Positions 48,145 through 56,227 of a DNA stretch of 64,000 bases are shown here, piece by piece (the first letter of the stretch is position 1; the number at the start of each line of letters is the position of its first letter). Position numbers and translations under genes: made by a program. The notes under the pieces were generated by a model, which had not been told where the DNA came from, did not search any database, and was given only the letters and a program-made list of their open reading frames with translations. The stretch comes from a virus: UHGV virus genome UHGV-1353888. One strand, 5' to 3'.

Positions 48145-48818
48145 TTTGCAAAGAAGTTAGACGTTGACCGGATATAGGGGCGGGTATAGTGCAGTCTCAT
48201 GCTAGGGTAAACTTCCTTTTCCAATACGTCTTCCAACTCATAAGAGCTTTTCAAAACTTTCTGAATAAGGACTTTGGCTTTTTCTACCGCTTTAGAATGG
48301 TTCTTGAAAGCTTCTTCAATCTTGACAAGCTCACTATTCACGAAGTTTATGCACTTGTCCAGTTCCGTTTTAAAGTTAGGGTTAAGCCGTCCATTTTGAG
48401 AAGTGGTAATACCCTCCAGAACATACCGTTCATAACGGGAACTCCATGTGTCTTCCCCGTAAATATCCTTAACTCCGGTAGGGAGCATGACGCGCAGGGA
48501 AATAGCGGGGAAGAAGGTGCGTGAAGAATAGTTGTCTACGCTTCCCGGAGCAAGGACGCTTGCCCCTCTAACATAATCATCTCCTCGGAAGTGCCTATTG
48601 AGAATATGACTAACATTACTCCAATCCTTTTCCCTCATAACCTTAAATTCGCCTGACTTTGTTTTAAAATCTGGACTGTCAAAAACGACTTTGAGATATT
48701 CAAGTGCATCCTTAAGCCGTTCATAGAAATATTGAAGTCCTTTCAAGTCACGCATGGCATTATCATCTTCTTCAACGAATTTCCGAATAAAGTAGTTCAT
48801 CATATCATTATTATTCAT
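48141..48818 (-). CDS. Hypothetical protein
   Basis: 225 aa, preceded by the conserved leader AAATAGAAAGACAAAAAGAAATG. Confidence 0.45.
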   Translation of the reverse strand: MNNNDMMNYFIRKFVEEDDNAMRDLKGLQYFYERLKDALEYLKVVFDSPDFKTKSGEFKVMREKDWSNVSHILNRHFRGDDYVRGASVLAPGSVDNYSSRTFFPAISLRVMLPTGVKDIYGEDTWSSRYERYVLEGITTSQNGRLNPNFKTELDKCINFVNSELVKIEEAFKNHSKAVEKAKVLIQKVLKSSYELEDVLEKEVYPSMRLHYTRPYIRSTSNFFAK

Positions 48819-48850
48819 TTCTTTTTGTCTTTCTATTTTTGTTTGTAGTT

Positions 48851-49543
48851 TTAGAGATTGTAGAATTTAATATATTCTTCCCTGCTTTTAAATGTCCTCA
48901 CCTTCCCCCCGTGACCGTTGTATACGATTGTTTCAATTCCTTCGCCATTCGAACGGTTGTCATAAACATGAATAGTAGAGCCGTCTTTTAAAGTAAAAGC
49001 CGTAGCAATTCCCTTATACTTAGGGTTTTTACGGGAGACTACACTGCGTGCGAGGTTGTAATTAGTATACACACGCCCCATTTTTTGAGGCCACGGGTAT
49101 GGGGTGCTATCCAGGCTCATAAACACAAGGTCCATGCCGTTAGGATAGGAAAAGAAGTCCCATTTTTCCGGAGCTAGTTCGGCATCCCATTTGACTAGGT
49201 GAGTTAGCGAAAATTGGAACTGTGCATAGAACGGAACCAAATCCTCAAAGGCGAAAAGGAAACGTGCTCCCTGCTCAATAGCGTACTTAACCATTTTTTT
49301 ACCAAATCCTTTCCCCCGGAATAGGTGAGAGACTATGAGGGAAACAAGTTCCCCCTCCGCGGTTATCGAAAATACTCCGACGATGGAGCCGTCATTTACT
49401 AGCCTGAAACACTTGCATCCATTATCCCTGTACCAGTCACCGGGGTAAACGTCAACATGTGCTTTCTCCATGTCTGACAGATAATGGCGCAGTTCCCCTG
49501 CAAGGCTCTCCATTGCATAAGGATTTATCTTTTCAATATACAT
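48851..49543 (-). CDS. GNAT-family N-acetyltransferase domain protein with a C-terminal extension
   Basis: GNAT motif A: IVGVFSITAEGELVSLIVSHLFRGKGFGKKMVKYAIEQG (R-G-x-G-x-G). A C-terminal domain of about 100 aa is uncharacterised. Conserved leader upstream. Confidence 0.55.
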   Translation of the reverse strand: MYIEKINPYAMESLAGELRHYLSDMEKAHVDVYPGDWYRDNGCKCFRLVNDGSIVGVFSITAEGELVSLIVSHLFRGKGFGKKMVKYAIEQGARFLFAFEDLVPFYAQFQFSLTHLVKWDAELAPEKWDFFSYPNGMDLVFMSLDSTPYPWPQKMGRVYTNYNLARSVVSRKNPKYKGIATAFTLKDGSTIHVYDNRSNGEGIETIVYNGHGGKVRTFKSREEYIKFYNL

Positions 49544-49665
49544 TTTCTTTTGTCTTTCTATTTGTTGTGCCGGACGTTTTGGCCTCCGGCTCGCCTTACA
49601 TGAACAGTTATACCATAGGAGCGGGGAAAAACAAGACTAATCTTTTTTGTCTTGTGTCATACACC
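49544..49665 (-). promoter_or_regulatory. Repeated promoter-leader module, copy F (divergent)
   Basis: Contains CTTGTGTCATAC (the - strand reads GTATGACACAAG) about 115 nt upstream of the ATG, plus the leader AAATAGAAAGACAAAAGAAAATG. Confidence 0.45.
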
Positions 49666-50476
49666 AATTAAACGCCGCTTTACCTTGTTCAGAAATGGCC
49701 CATGGACTAAAAGAACGGTGGACAATACGGGGGCGGGTAACCACTTCTGCTAGAATACATCCATCTTCTTCCGTGCTTTTATCACAATTGCATGGCATAG
49801 GGGTTCCCTTGCATTCTCCTCCCCTGTTTTTACGAATATGGCTCTCATAATCCATTGTTAGTAGCAATTCCTTTAACTCTTTCATGGCCTTATAATTATG
49901 GAAAGGGTAAGCCATTCGCAAAGAGGTAGAGCTAAAATTCTCTGACTCTAAATAGATTGTGAGATAAAACTCCTTATTCTCCGTGTTTTCCGTAACGTGT
50001 GCAGTATACACGGCTTCCTCACCCTCCAAAATGTTCACAACGTCAGCCTCATACTCAATATATTGAGTTTCATGGAGTTCTTCCGTTTTTGCAGGTTGTT
50101 TCGGAGCGTCCTTAACGGGCGTAGCGTACACATCAACCGTTGCACAGGGGAGGCCAAAACAGGGATATTGATTAAAAGAATCCTCCGTTCCCTCAATTTC
50201 GACAATTACCTTCCATTCAGCGCGGAAATCGTCAAGTTCAGCGCGGTCTTCCTCGCTAAGTTCGCCTTCATCATCTCCATACCCCATTAAATAAGGGAAT
50301 GCCCATTGAGGAACGCCCTCAACCCTTTCGTAACTGTCTGACGTTTCGTCCATTTCGGTCAATACAAGATAGGTACTTCCGCAATGGGGGCATAGTCCGT
50401 TTAGAGGCGTAACGCTTCGGTTATCGCATTCCATGCAGTCATATTTTTCGTTTTCGTCGATAATAACAGTGCTCAT
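49637..50476 (-). CDS. Hypothetical protein with an N-terminal Zn-ribbon (CxxC...CxxC)
   Basis: CMECDNRSV...CPHCGSTY, then an acidic domain. Conserved leader and promoter module upstream. Confidence 0.45.
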   Translation of the reverse strand: MSTVIIDENEKYDCMECDNRSVTPLNGLCPHCGSTYLVLTEMDETSDSYERVEGVPQWAFPYLMGYGDDEGELSEEDRAELDDFRAEWKVIVEIEGTEDSFNQYPCFGLPCATVDVYATPVKDAPKQPAKTEELHETQYIEYEADVVNILEGEEAVYTAHVTENTENKEFYLTIYLESENFSSTSLRMAYPFHNYKAMKELKELLLTMDYESHIRKNRGGECKGTPMPCNCDKSTEEDGCILAEVVTRPRIVHRSFSPWAISEQGKAAFNWCMTQDKKD

Positions 50477-50637
50477 TTTTCTATGTTTTCTATTTTAGTT
50501 TGTTGGTTGGTTGCGGGGTTGTGTTCCCCTTACGCAATCCTTTATATTATATTAGAGGGGAAACGCAAGGGAAATGTTCATGCCTTGTGTCATACTTAAC
50601 TGTTAAGGAGTTATGAAAATGTTCCACGTGGAACATT
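50477..50637 (-). promoter_or_regulatory. Repeated promoter-leader module, copy A
   Basis: Perfect 22-bp palindrome AAATGTTCCACGTGGAACATTT, then GTATGACACAAGG, then a TGCGTAAGGGGAACACAACCCC-type leader. Confidence 0.5.
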
Positions 50638-51207
50638 TCAGGCGATTACAGTCTTTTTGACGGATAAGGTCAAATGATAGCAGGGGGAAAAGGTTTCAGA
50701 ACTTATGTCATAGGAGCAGGTGGCCCGCAACTCTTCATGTTCTGCTTCAACCATTTCCGCTAGTTCGTTAGGCGAACAATCCAGAACAGGGGTGTACGCC
50801 TCAATCTTGGTGAGGAAAAAATTGGCTTTAATTTCTTTTATCTTCCCTCCATTCTTTTTAACAAGGTCTTCAACGGTGGCCAGAGCGGCGGTTAAAATTT
50901 CCTTTCGTTTGTCCTGCAAAATAGTAATGATTGCAAGGTCTTTTCCGTCAATGTTTTGGATGCGGGAACAGACAAGAAAACCTTGTTTATGCAGAGCATT
51001 AAGAGCTTTATCTCTCTTGTCCACCGGAACGGCAATGCGTCGAATGTTGTGCTCTACCTGCTTCTCCGTTGCTGATTGCAGGTCATAAACCTTACAACCT
51101 AAACCGTTTAGAGATTGCAAGATAATTTTTGATAATAAATCTTTAGGCATCTTTTTTAATAAGCCATGTTGTTTCAGTAGTTTCCCGGTCAAATCCAATG
51201 CTTGCAT
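50638..51207 (-). CDS. Hypothetical protein (start may be the ATG at 51150)
   Basis: 189-aa ORF. The alternative internal start MPKDLL would give an 8-nt overlap with the upstream small gene. Confidence 0.4.
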   Translation of the reverse strand: MQALDLTGKLLKQHGLLKKMPKDLLSKIILQSLNGLGCKVYDLQSATEKQVEHNIRRIAVPVDKRDKALNALHKQGFLVCSRIQNIDGKDLAIITILQDKRKEILTAALATVEDLVKKNGGKIKEIKANFFLTKIEAYTPVLDCSPNELAEMVEAEHEELRATCSYDISSETFSPCYHLTLSVKKTVIA

Positions 51208-51376
51208 AGGACGGCCCTACAAAGTCACTGACTTCACGGACGATTTTAACGTCTGGACCTGCTTTAGCTAAAACCCTTAATAGCAAGTTCTTTCCGGGTT
51301 TAAAAGAGAGTTCTACTTTTTCAACCTCTTCCCGGTTGTTCAAATGACTTAATGCTTCAAATAATTTCTTGTTCAT
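51143..51376 (-). CDS. Small hypothetical protein (uncertain)
   Basis: 77-aa ORF with an ATG start. Overlaps the downstream gene if that gene starts at 51207. Confidence 0.3.
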   Translation of the reverse strand: MNKKLFEALSHLNNREEVEKVELSFKPGKNLLLRVLAKAGPDVKIVREVSDFVGPSYASIGFDRETTETTWLIKKDA

Positions 51377-51381
51377 GTTTT

Positions 51382-51798
51382 TTATACGTTAAAGTTAAAG
51401 GATTTTTGAACATTTCTACCCTGTACAGTTACAGAGGTGAGGGCATACATTTTATACTGCAACATGTACGTGTTTTGTTCGGATTTTAAGGCCTGAATTT
51501 TGGAATCATACTTGTTTGTATTGTCAATCGCAATCTCTACCATGATACAATATGCAAACCACAATAGAGTTAAAGCACTTGCATAAACTCCAACAATACA
51601 AAAAAGTTCTGTTATGCTAGTCCCATTGTAAATTTTTATTGCTAAAATAACCACAAGAATAAAGGCAAGCCATGCGGAAATTCTTTCAAAGTTCAATCCA
51701 TCCAAGGCCCTATATATTCCCCTCCACCTTTTAAATGAGCGGGTGAGTTCCGAAATCTCACGGGCGTGAACAAAGCTAGCGTAAAAAGCGTATTTCAT
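51382..51798 (-). CDS. Membrane protein with two predicted TM segments
   Basis: AWLAFILVVILAIKIY and LFCIVGVYASALTLLWFAYCIMV. Confidence 0.45.
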   Translation of the reverse strand: MKYAFYASFVHAREISELTRSFKRWRGIYRALDGLNFERISAWLAFILVVILAIKIYNGTSITELFCIVGVYASALTLLWFAYCIMVEIAIDNTNKYDSKIQALKSEQNTYMLQYKMYALTSVTVQGRNVQKSFNFNV

Positions 51799-51803
51799 AA
51801 ATG

Positions 51804-52004
51804 TTAGAAGTTAAGGGATGATACAAAACGCTTCATTTCGGCGATTGAGGCACATTCAAAAGTTAATGCCGGGTTCCAGTTTGAGCGGAAAACATAGCCA
51901 TCTTCCTTTTTCTGGACATAGGCGAACGTAGAAATTAGCTCTTCCCGGTCATTCACAAAACTATTCTTCAACCTATCTAATGCTTCCATATCTGTTTTAT
52001 TCAT
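51804..52004 (-). CDS. Small hypothetical protein
   Basis: 66 aa. Preceded by the conserved leader and by a promoter module. Confidence 0.4.
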   Translation of the reverse strand: MNKTDMEALDRLKNSFVNDREELISTFAYVQKKEDGYVFRSNWNPALTFECASIAEMKRFVSSLNF

Positions 52005-52125
52005 TTTCTTATGTCTTTCTAATTTTTGTTGTTATTACGGGGTTGTGTCTCCCTTACGCATTTCTTTATACCATTTTTGAGAGAGGATGCAAGGAGAAAT
52101 GTTGAAACCTTGTGTCATACAGAAG
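52005..52125 (-). promoter_or_regulatory. Repeated promoter-leader module, copy B
   Basis: CCTTGTGTCATAC at 52108-52120 (overlaps the upstream stop codon). Leader GCGTAAGGGAGACACAACCCC...AGAAAGACATAAGAAAATG. Confidence 0.5.
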
Positions 52126-52324
52126 ATTGTGGTTCTTTCGGAACCGTTATCATGCCATACTTTTCAGGGTTGTAAAAGTCCTGCCAAGTGAGATACTCCT
52201 TGCTTTTACAATTGGGGCAAGTCTCCTCATTAAGGGGTACAAGTCCTTTCCATCCGCAACCATTGCACACAACGCAATCACCTAAGCCGAAATAAGTTGT
52301 AAATTCCATGGTGATTAAAGACAT
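52115..52324 (-). CDS. Small Zn-ribbon protein
   Basis: CVVCNGCGWKG...CPNCKSKEY. Its stop codon lies inside the GTATGACACAAG motif. Confidence 0.4.
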   Translation of the reverse strand: MSLITMEFTTYFGLGDCVVCNGCGWKGLVPLNEETCPNCKSKEYLTWQDFYNPEKYGMITVPKEPQSSV

Positions 52325-52581
52325 TCGATTACATGGTCACTTTCCGGAATGCGGAGAATGGGAACAGGGGAATCATCCAAATTTTCAATGTCATACTCTT
52401 CCAAAAAATCTTTAATGGGGTATTCTAAAAACATGAGTTTTATGTCCATTAGGGATAACGCTTCTCCCTGCATTTCTTCAATATATTCAAAAATAACTTT
52501 GGCCCCCATAGGGGAAAAATCACAACCCGCTTGAACTAAATAATTATGAAATGGTTGATAGCTATTTATTTTTAAATTCAT
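52315..52581 (-). CDS. Small acidic hypothetical protein
   Basis: 88 aa, with a conserved leader upstream. Confidence 0.4.
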   Translation of the reverse strand: MNLKINSYQPFHNYLVQAGCDFSPMGAKVIFEYIEEMQGEALSLMDIKLMFLEYPIKDFLEEYDIENLDDSPVPILRIPESDHVIECL

Positions 52582-52599
52582 TATTTTAGGTCTTTCTAA

Positions 52600-52929
52600 T
52601 TATTTTTTATTTTTCAGTCTCATTTTATATCCTTTCAAAACAAGCTTTTCAAGTGGTCCAGATATGATATAATAATTTCTATTTTCATCATTAATTCCGG
52701 AGTGAAAAATATAGTTCCCGGATTGGCCATTCTTCACTAGTTCTTCCTCAAAAGCTCTAAGAATTAGAAGAGTATACCTGTTTTTATCTTCGGCAATCTT
52801 CCTAGCGTTAAAACCTGTAACGGCGTTCCAATCTTCCCACTCTACAATATGCCCTTTAAGGTATACAGGCTTTAAATTTAACTTGCTTGCACGGATAATG
52901 CCAGATGGCGTTTTTATAGTTGTTTTCAT
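52600..52929 (-). CDS. Hypothetical protein
   Basis: 109 aa, with a conserved leader and a promoter module upstream. Confidence 0.4.
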   Translation of the reverse strand: MKTTIKTPSGIIRASKLNLKPVYLKGHIVEWEDWNAVTGFNARKIAEDKNRYTLLILRAFEEELVKNGQSGNYIFHSGINDENRNYYIISGPLEKLVLKGYKMRLKNKK

Positions 52930-53039
52930 TTTTCTATTTTATGTTGGAGAAATGCCCCTTACGCAATCCTTTATATAATATTAGAGGGATTATGCAAGGA
53001 AAATGTTCATGGCTTGTGTCATACTTAACTGTTAAGGAG
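52930..53039 (-). promoter_or_regulatory. Repeated promoter-leader module, copy C
   Basis: A roughly 100-bp stretch nearly identical to copy A: ATGTTCATGNCTTGTGTCATACTTAACTGTTAAGGAGTTATGAA. Confidence 0.5.
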
Positions 53040-53378
53040 TTATGAAGAAATATATGATTCCAGCATGCGGGGGTGCGTGGTAAATTTCAGCTCTCTCCCT
53101 TCATAAATGATAAAGCCTTTTATGGTGCTGTCCTGATTCATCCTTCTTTTTAACTCCACAACTAGCTCAAAAAGAACGGTATGCCCACATAAACACCACG
53201 CTAGCAGGGGGTGAGTTACAAAATCGCCCGCCTCATTTTGAGTAACCGGGCAGATACGTATAATATCTCTGTCATCATTTTCATCATATAAGTCCCAGAA
53301 CATAAATGTGTTATCATACACAACACATTCCTGAAAAATGTCTCTCAATTCCTGCAAATATTCACTCACTTCTTTCAT
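53040..53378 (-). CDS. Hypothetical protein
   Basis: 112-aa ORF. Confidence 0.4.
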   Translation of the reverse strand: MKEVSEYLQELRDIFQECVVYDNTFMFWDLYDENDDRDIIRICPVTQNEAGDFVTHPLLAWCLCGHTVLFELVVELKRRMNQDSTIKGFIIYEGRELKFTTHPRMLESYISS

Positions 53379-53392
53379 TTTCGTATTCCTTT

Positions 53393-53704
53393 CTAAGCCA
53401 TAAACTTACATAATTCCCGCTCATTTACTCTCACAACACTATAACCATAACGGGAGGCCATTAGTTCCACGCCATTTTGATGATTCCGTGTCGTCAAAGA
53501 GTATTTTTCATCGCTAAGGTATACTATTTTAGTACAGTCATCCTTGTAAGCGATTGGCGTTAGATAGCTATACAGGACGGATTCTGAAAAACTAAGGCGA
53601 ATAACGGTGCCGTAAGTGTAACTGGATTCACATTTAGGAGATTTTCCTTCCTGCTTTTCTCCGTCAAAATACTTTTTCAAAAGGTCTTCAATGTATTTTC
53701 TCAT
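53393..53704 (-). CDS. Hypothetical protein
   Basis: 103-aa ORF. Confidence 0.4.
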   Translation of the reverse strand: MRKYIEDLLKKYFDGEKQEGKSPKCESSYTYGTVIRLSFSESVLYSYLTPIAYKDDCTKIVYLSDEKYSLTTRNHQNGVELMASRYGYSVVRVNERELCKFMA

Positions 53705-53756
53705 TTTTCTTTAAGATTGCGGACGGGAGAACCATTATCTCCCGCCCTAATTGTTA

Positions 53757-54150
53757 TTAACCAAGATAAGCTTCTTTTCCAGCGGCCCCCATTTCGGAAT
53801 AATTAATGTCACGCCAAAGACCATGATTAGGTTGCACGTAGGTTTCATCTATGACATTGCAAGTTCTGAACAATTTGGAGTCTTCGTAACCAATGTCCAT
53901 GTTTTCTTTGTTAAACCTAAGCACGATTCCTTCCCAATTTGTAAAATCTTCCAAATCCTCAATGCAATCCTTAATATCGAAGGGTTGAACATCAAAACAA
54001 ATACCCCGGATAAGCGCGGAATTTTCATCCTCCGTGTAAATCGCAATATGCAACCTCCCCCCCGCTATTATCTTCGTAAACCCTGTAGGTATATGCTCCT
54101 TTGCACAATTCATCAAGGATAATCACTTCATCATTCATTTCTTTGTTCAT
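53757..54150 (-). pseudogene. Gene split by a frameshift at a C7/G7 homopolymer (54057-54063). It is either a sequencing indel or a genuine frameshift or slippage site.
   Basis: The ATG at 54150 sits 100 nt after the promoter motif and opens MNKEMNDEVIILDELCKGAYTYRVYEDNSGG. That frame stops just after the G7 run. The 119-aa track ORF 53757-54116 continues in another frame from the same run. Confidence 0.4.
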
Positions 54151-54263
54151 GATATTGTATATTTTTATTAGTTGTTGTGCCCCCTTCTTGGGAGAACAAG
54201 GTCAATTTAGCATAGGGCACATGTTATGCAAGAAAAAACTTCATCATTTTTGTCATACTAGCT
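54151..54263 (-). promoter_or_regulatory. Repeated promoter-leader module, copy E (degenerate)
   Basis: TTTTTGTCATACTAGC variant about 100 nt upstream of the ATG at 54150. Confidence 0.4.
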
Positions 54264-54536
54264 TTAGTGTTGCACGTCCCTTACTTCGTAATAACGGGGT
54301 AAAACAATGACTTGTGAGGTTTCTTTCTTAAAGTCCATGTAACAGGGGTTCAATCTGTCTAAATTATCTCCTAAATCAATATTCTCAATGAGTTGACAGA
54401 GATTATCCCAATTTATAATACCGTGAGTAAATCCTAAAAACGTTCTCTTTCCCTCCTTAGAGTCATAAACGGCAAGCAAAAAACTTCCTTCCGTTCTGTT
54501 TTCAAAAATTTGATACTCCTTTTCTGCTTTTTTCAT
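54264..54536 (-). CDS. Hypothetical protein
   Basis: 90 aa, with a conserved leader upstream. Confidence 0.4.
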   Translation of the reverse strand: MKKAEKEYQIFENRTEGSFLLAVYDSKEGKRTFLGFTHGIINWDNLCQLIENIDLGDNLDRLNPCYMDFKKETSQVIVLPRYYEVRDVQH

Positions 54537-54573
54537 TTTCTTATGTATTTCTAATTTAATCTGTTATAAATAT

Positions 54574-54819
54574 TCAGGGCCTAATCTCTTCGTGAGTTTT
54601 ATACACGGCCCGCCATGAAGATGAAGAAGCGTCATAAATCACAAACCCAGAATAGCCGGACTTGTTAAGGGTATTTCTTCTTTTCAATTCTTCCCATGCG
54701 TCCATTTTAAGGCGAGATAAAGTGTGTCGTCCATCATCATAATAAGAGTCTGTACTTCCGCAAATAGGCATGATTCTTCCAGATAAATCTGGCTTGCAAA
54801 ATGTAATTACTGGCTTCAT
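54574..54819 (-). CDS. Hypothetical protein
   Basis: 81-aa ORF. Confidence 0.4.
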   Translation of the reverse strand: MKPVITFCKPDLSGRIMPICGSTDSYYDDGRHTLSRLKMDAWEELKRRNTLNKSGYSGFVIYDASSSSWRAVYKTHEEIRP

Positions 54820-54841
54820 TTTATTATTATTATTTAAGGGT

Positions 54842-55147
54842 TTATACTAAGTCGATAGCGCGTAAAAACAAACGCTTGTCATGGTCAAAATAGGTCCACC
54901 CGTACTTTCCGGGGTTATATCCGATTACTTTCCGGTTCCCGTGTATCTGGTGAGGCATCCATTCGACACTGATATTTTCCTCCCCTACCCCGTGGATGAC
55001 GGCATGAGTTCCTTCCTCCATCAATTCCCGGAGGGTTCCGAAACGGACAAAACTGCGGGCAACTTGGTAGTGTGTATGACCTTCCTTTTTGCAATACTCT
55101 TCTGCAAACTTATGCAGGCCCTTGCTTGGTTTTTGTATGATTATCAT
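54842..55147 (-). CDS. Hypothetical protein
   Basis: Start set at the ATG (MIIIQKPSKG...), preceded by the leader GGAAAGACATAAAACAATG. The track start was a TTG lying in the leader. Confidence 0.4.
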   Translation of the reverse strand: MIIIQKPSKGLHKFAEEYCKKEGHTHYQVARSFVRFGTLRELMEEGTHAVIHGVGEENISVEWMPHQIHGNRKVIGYNPGKYGWTYFDHDKRLFLRAIDLV

Positions 55148-55166
55148 TGTTTTATGTCTTTCCAGT

Positions 55167-55388
55167 TTATTTTCCAAGGGATATTTTAGTAAGGGCCTCC
55201 CTCATTTTCTCCATGCTAGCGGCGTATATAAAATGACGCACAAGGGGAGTTGCATCCGTGCGGGTTGCAAGATAACCTAACCCTGTTTTATCAATCCAAT
55301 AAGGCACTGATTCCAGAGTTATCCTTGCCCCTTCTGCCCCTAATTTTTCCAGCTCCAATAGTGCTTTTAAATCGTTGGATGTTAACAT
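55167..55388 (-). CDS. Small hypothetical protein
   Basis: Start at the ATG (MLTSNDLKALLELEKLG...). The upstream part of the track ORF is an in-frame translation of the conserved leader (KIERYKKM). Confidence 0.4.
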   Translation of the reverse strand: MLTSNDLKALLELEKLGAEGARITLESVPYWIDKTGLGYLATRTDATPLVRHFIYAASMEKMREALTKISLGK

Positions 55389-55534
55389 TTTCTTGTATCT
55401 TTCTATTTTAGTTCGTTGCTTGGTTGGTTGTAGGGTTGTGTTCCCCTTACGCATTCTTTATAGCATCTTTGAGCAGGGGAGCAAGCTTTTTCTTTTAGGC
55501 TTGTGTCATACAAAATTGTCCCACGTGGAACTTT
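55389..55534 (-). promoter_or_regulatory. Repeated promoter-leader module, copy D
   Basis: Near-palindrome GTTCCACGTGGGAC, then AATTTTGTATGACACAAGCC, then the leader GCGTAAGGGGAACACAACCCTAC...AAATAGAAAGATACAAGAAAATG. Confidence 0.5.
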
Positions 55535-56227
55535 TTATCTCTCCGCATGTTCTTTTACCTTGTCACGTTTAACCAACGGCAAGACGGGAGGAAACACCCC
55601 GCTTGCGTAGTCCTCCCGGCTAACTCCCTGCCAAGCATAACCTTTGTATGTAGGCTGACGGCGTTTTACTACGTTGTTAATTCCAGCCGCTAACCCCTTT
55701 ACCGCCCGCGCCGCTTCCCAGTAACTAGGATATATGGTGATAGGCTCCAGGGTTTCCCGGTTTATCTGCATGACGGGCCGCGCGGATTTGTGCAATCCCT
55801 TTTCAATGTTCCCCTTCAATGTCTTTTTCCGTTTTTTCACGCAGTTACCGTAACGTATGTTTTCCCGGTGAGTACACCATTGCAGATTCTCCGCACGGTT
55901 GTTCATGGGGTTTTCATCTAAATGGTTTACATCTAACTCGCTTATTTTGTACCCTTTAAGATGCGCGCCTAACGGCACAAACGCACCTGCAACAAGGCGA
56001 TGAACATAATATTTATAGTGCCATCCTCCCTTTTCATCCAGCAAGGGAACATATTTATAACCGTTCCGGCTAGTCTGGATGCGTAAAAGCCTGTTGACAA
56101 GCTTGCTCCACACCGCGCCCATGTTACTCACAAGGTACAATTCCCTGCAACCTTTCAGTGGTACAGGTTCCCACAGTTCCCCCGGTCTGGTACATTCAGC
56201 CAGTGTCTTCTTCTTCATCTTCTTCAC
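55535..56227 (-). CDS. HNH homing endonuclease (NUMOD4 plus HNH_3 plus C-terminal DNA-binding region)
   Basis: N-terminus ELWEPVPLKGCRELYLVSNMGAVWS (NUMOD4-like). HNH core HRLVAGAF...VNHLDENPMNNRAENLQWCTHRENIRYG. C-terminal IYPSYWEAARAVKG...YKGYAW, which resembles a NUMOD1 or IENR-like module. Confidence 0.75.
   Translation of the reverse strand: MKKMKKKTLAECTRPGELWEPVPLKGCRELYLVSNMGAVWSKLVNRLLRIQTSRNGYKYVPLLDEKGGWHYKYYVHRLVAGAFVPLGAHLKGYKISELDVNHLDENPMNNRAENLQWCTHRENIRYGNCVKKRKKTLKGNIEKGLHKSARPVMQINRETLEPITIYPSYWEAARAVKGLAAGINNVVKRRQPTYKGYAWQGVSREDYASGVFPPVLPLVKRDKVKEHAER
55535..56227 (-). mobile_element. Free-standing homing endonuclease gene (a selfish mobile gene)
   Basis: The HNH/NUMOD4 architecture is typical of phage homing endonucleases. 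It sits at the head of the early block next to the non-coding origin-like region. Confidence 0.5.
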
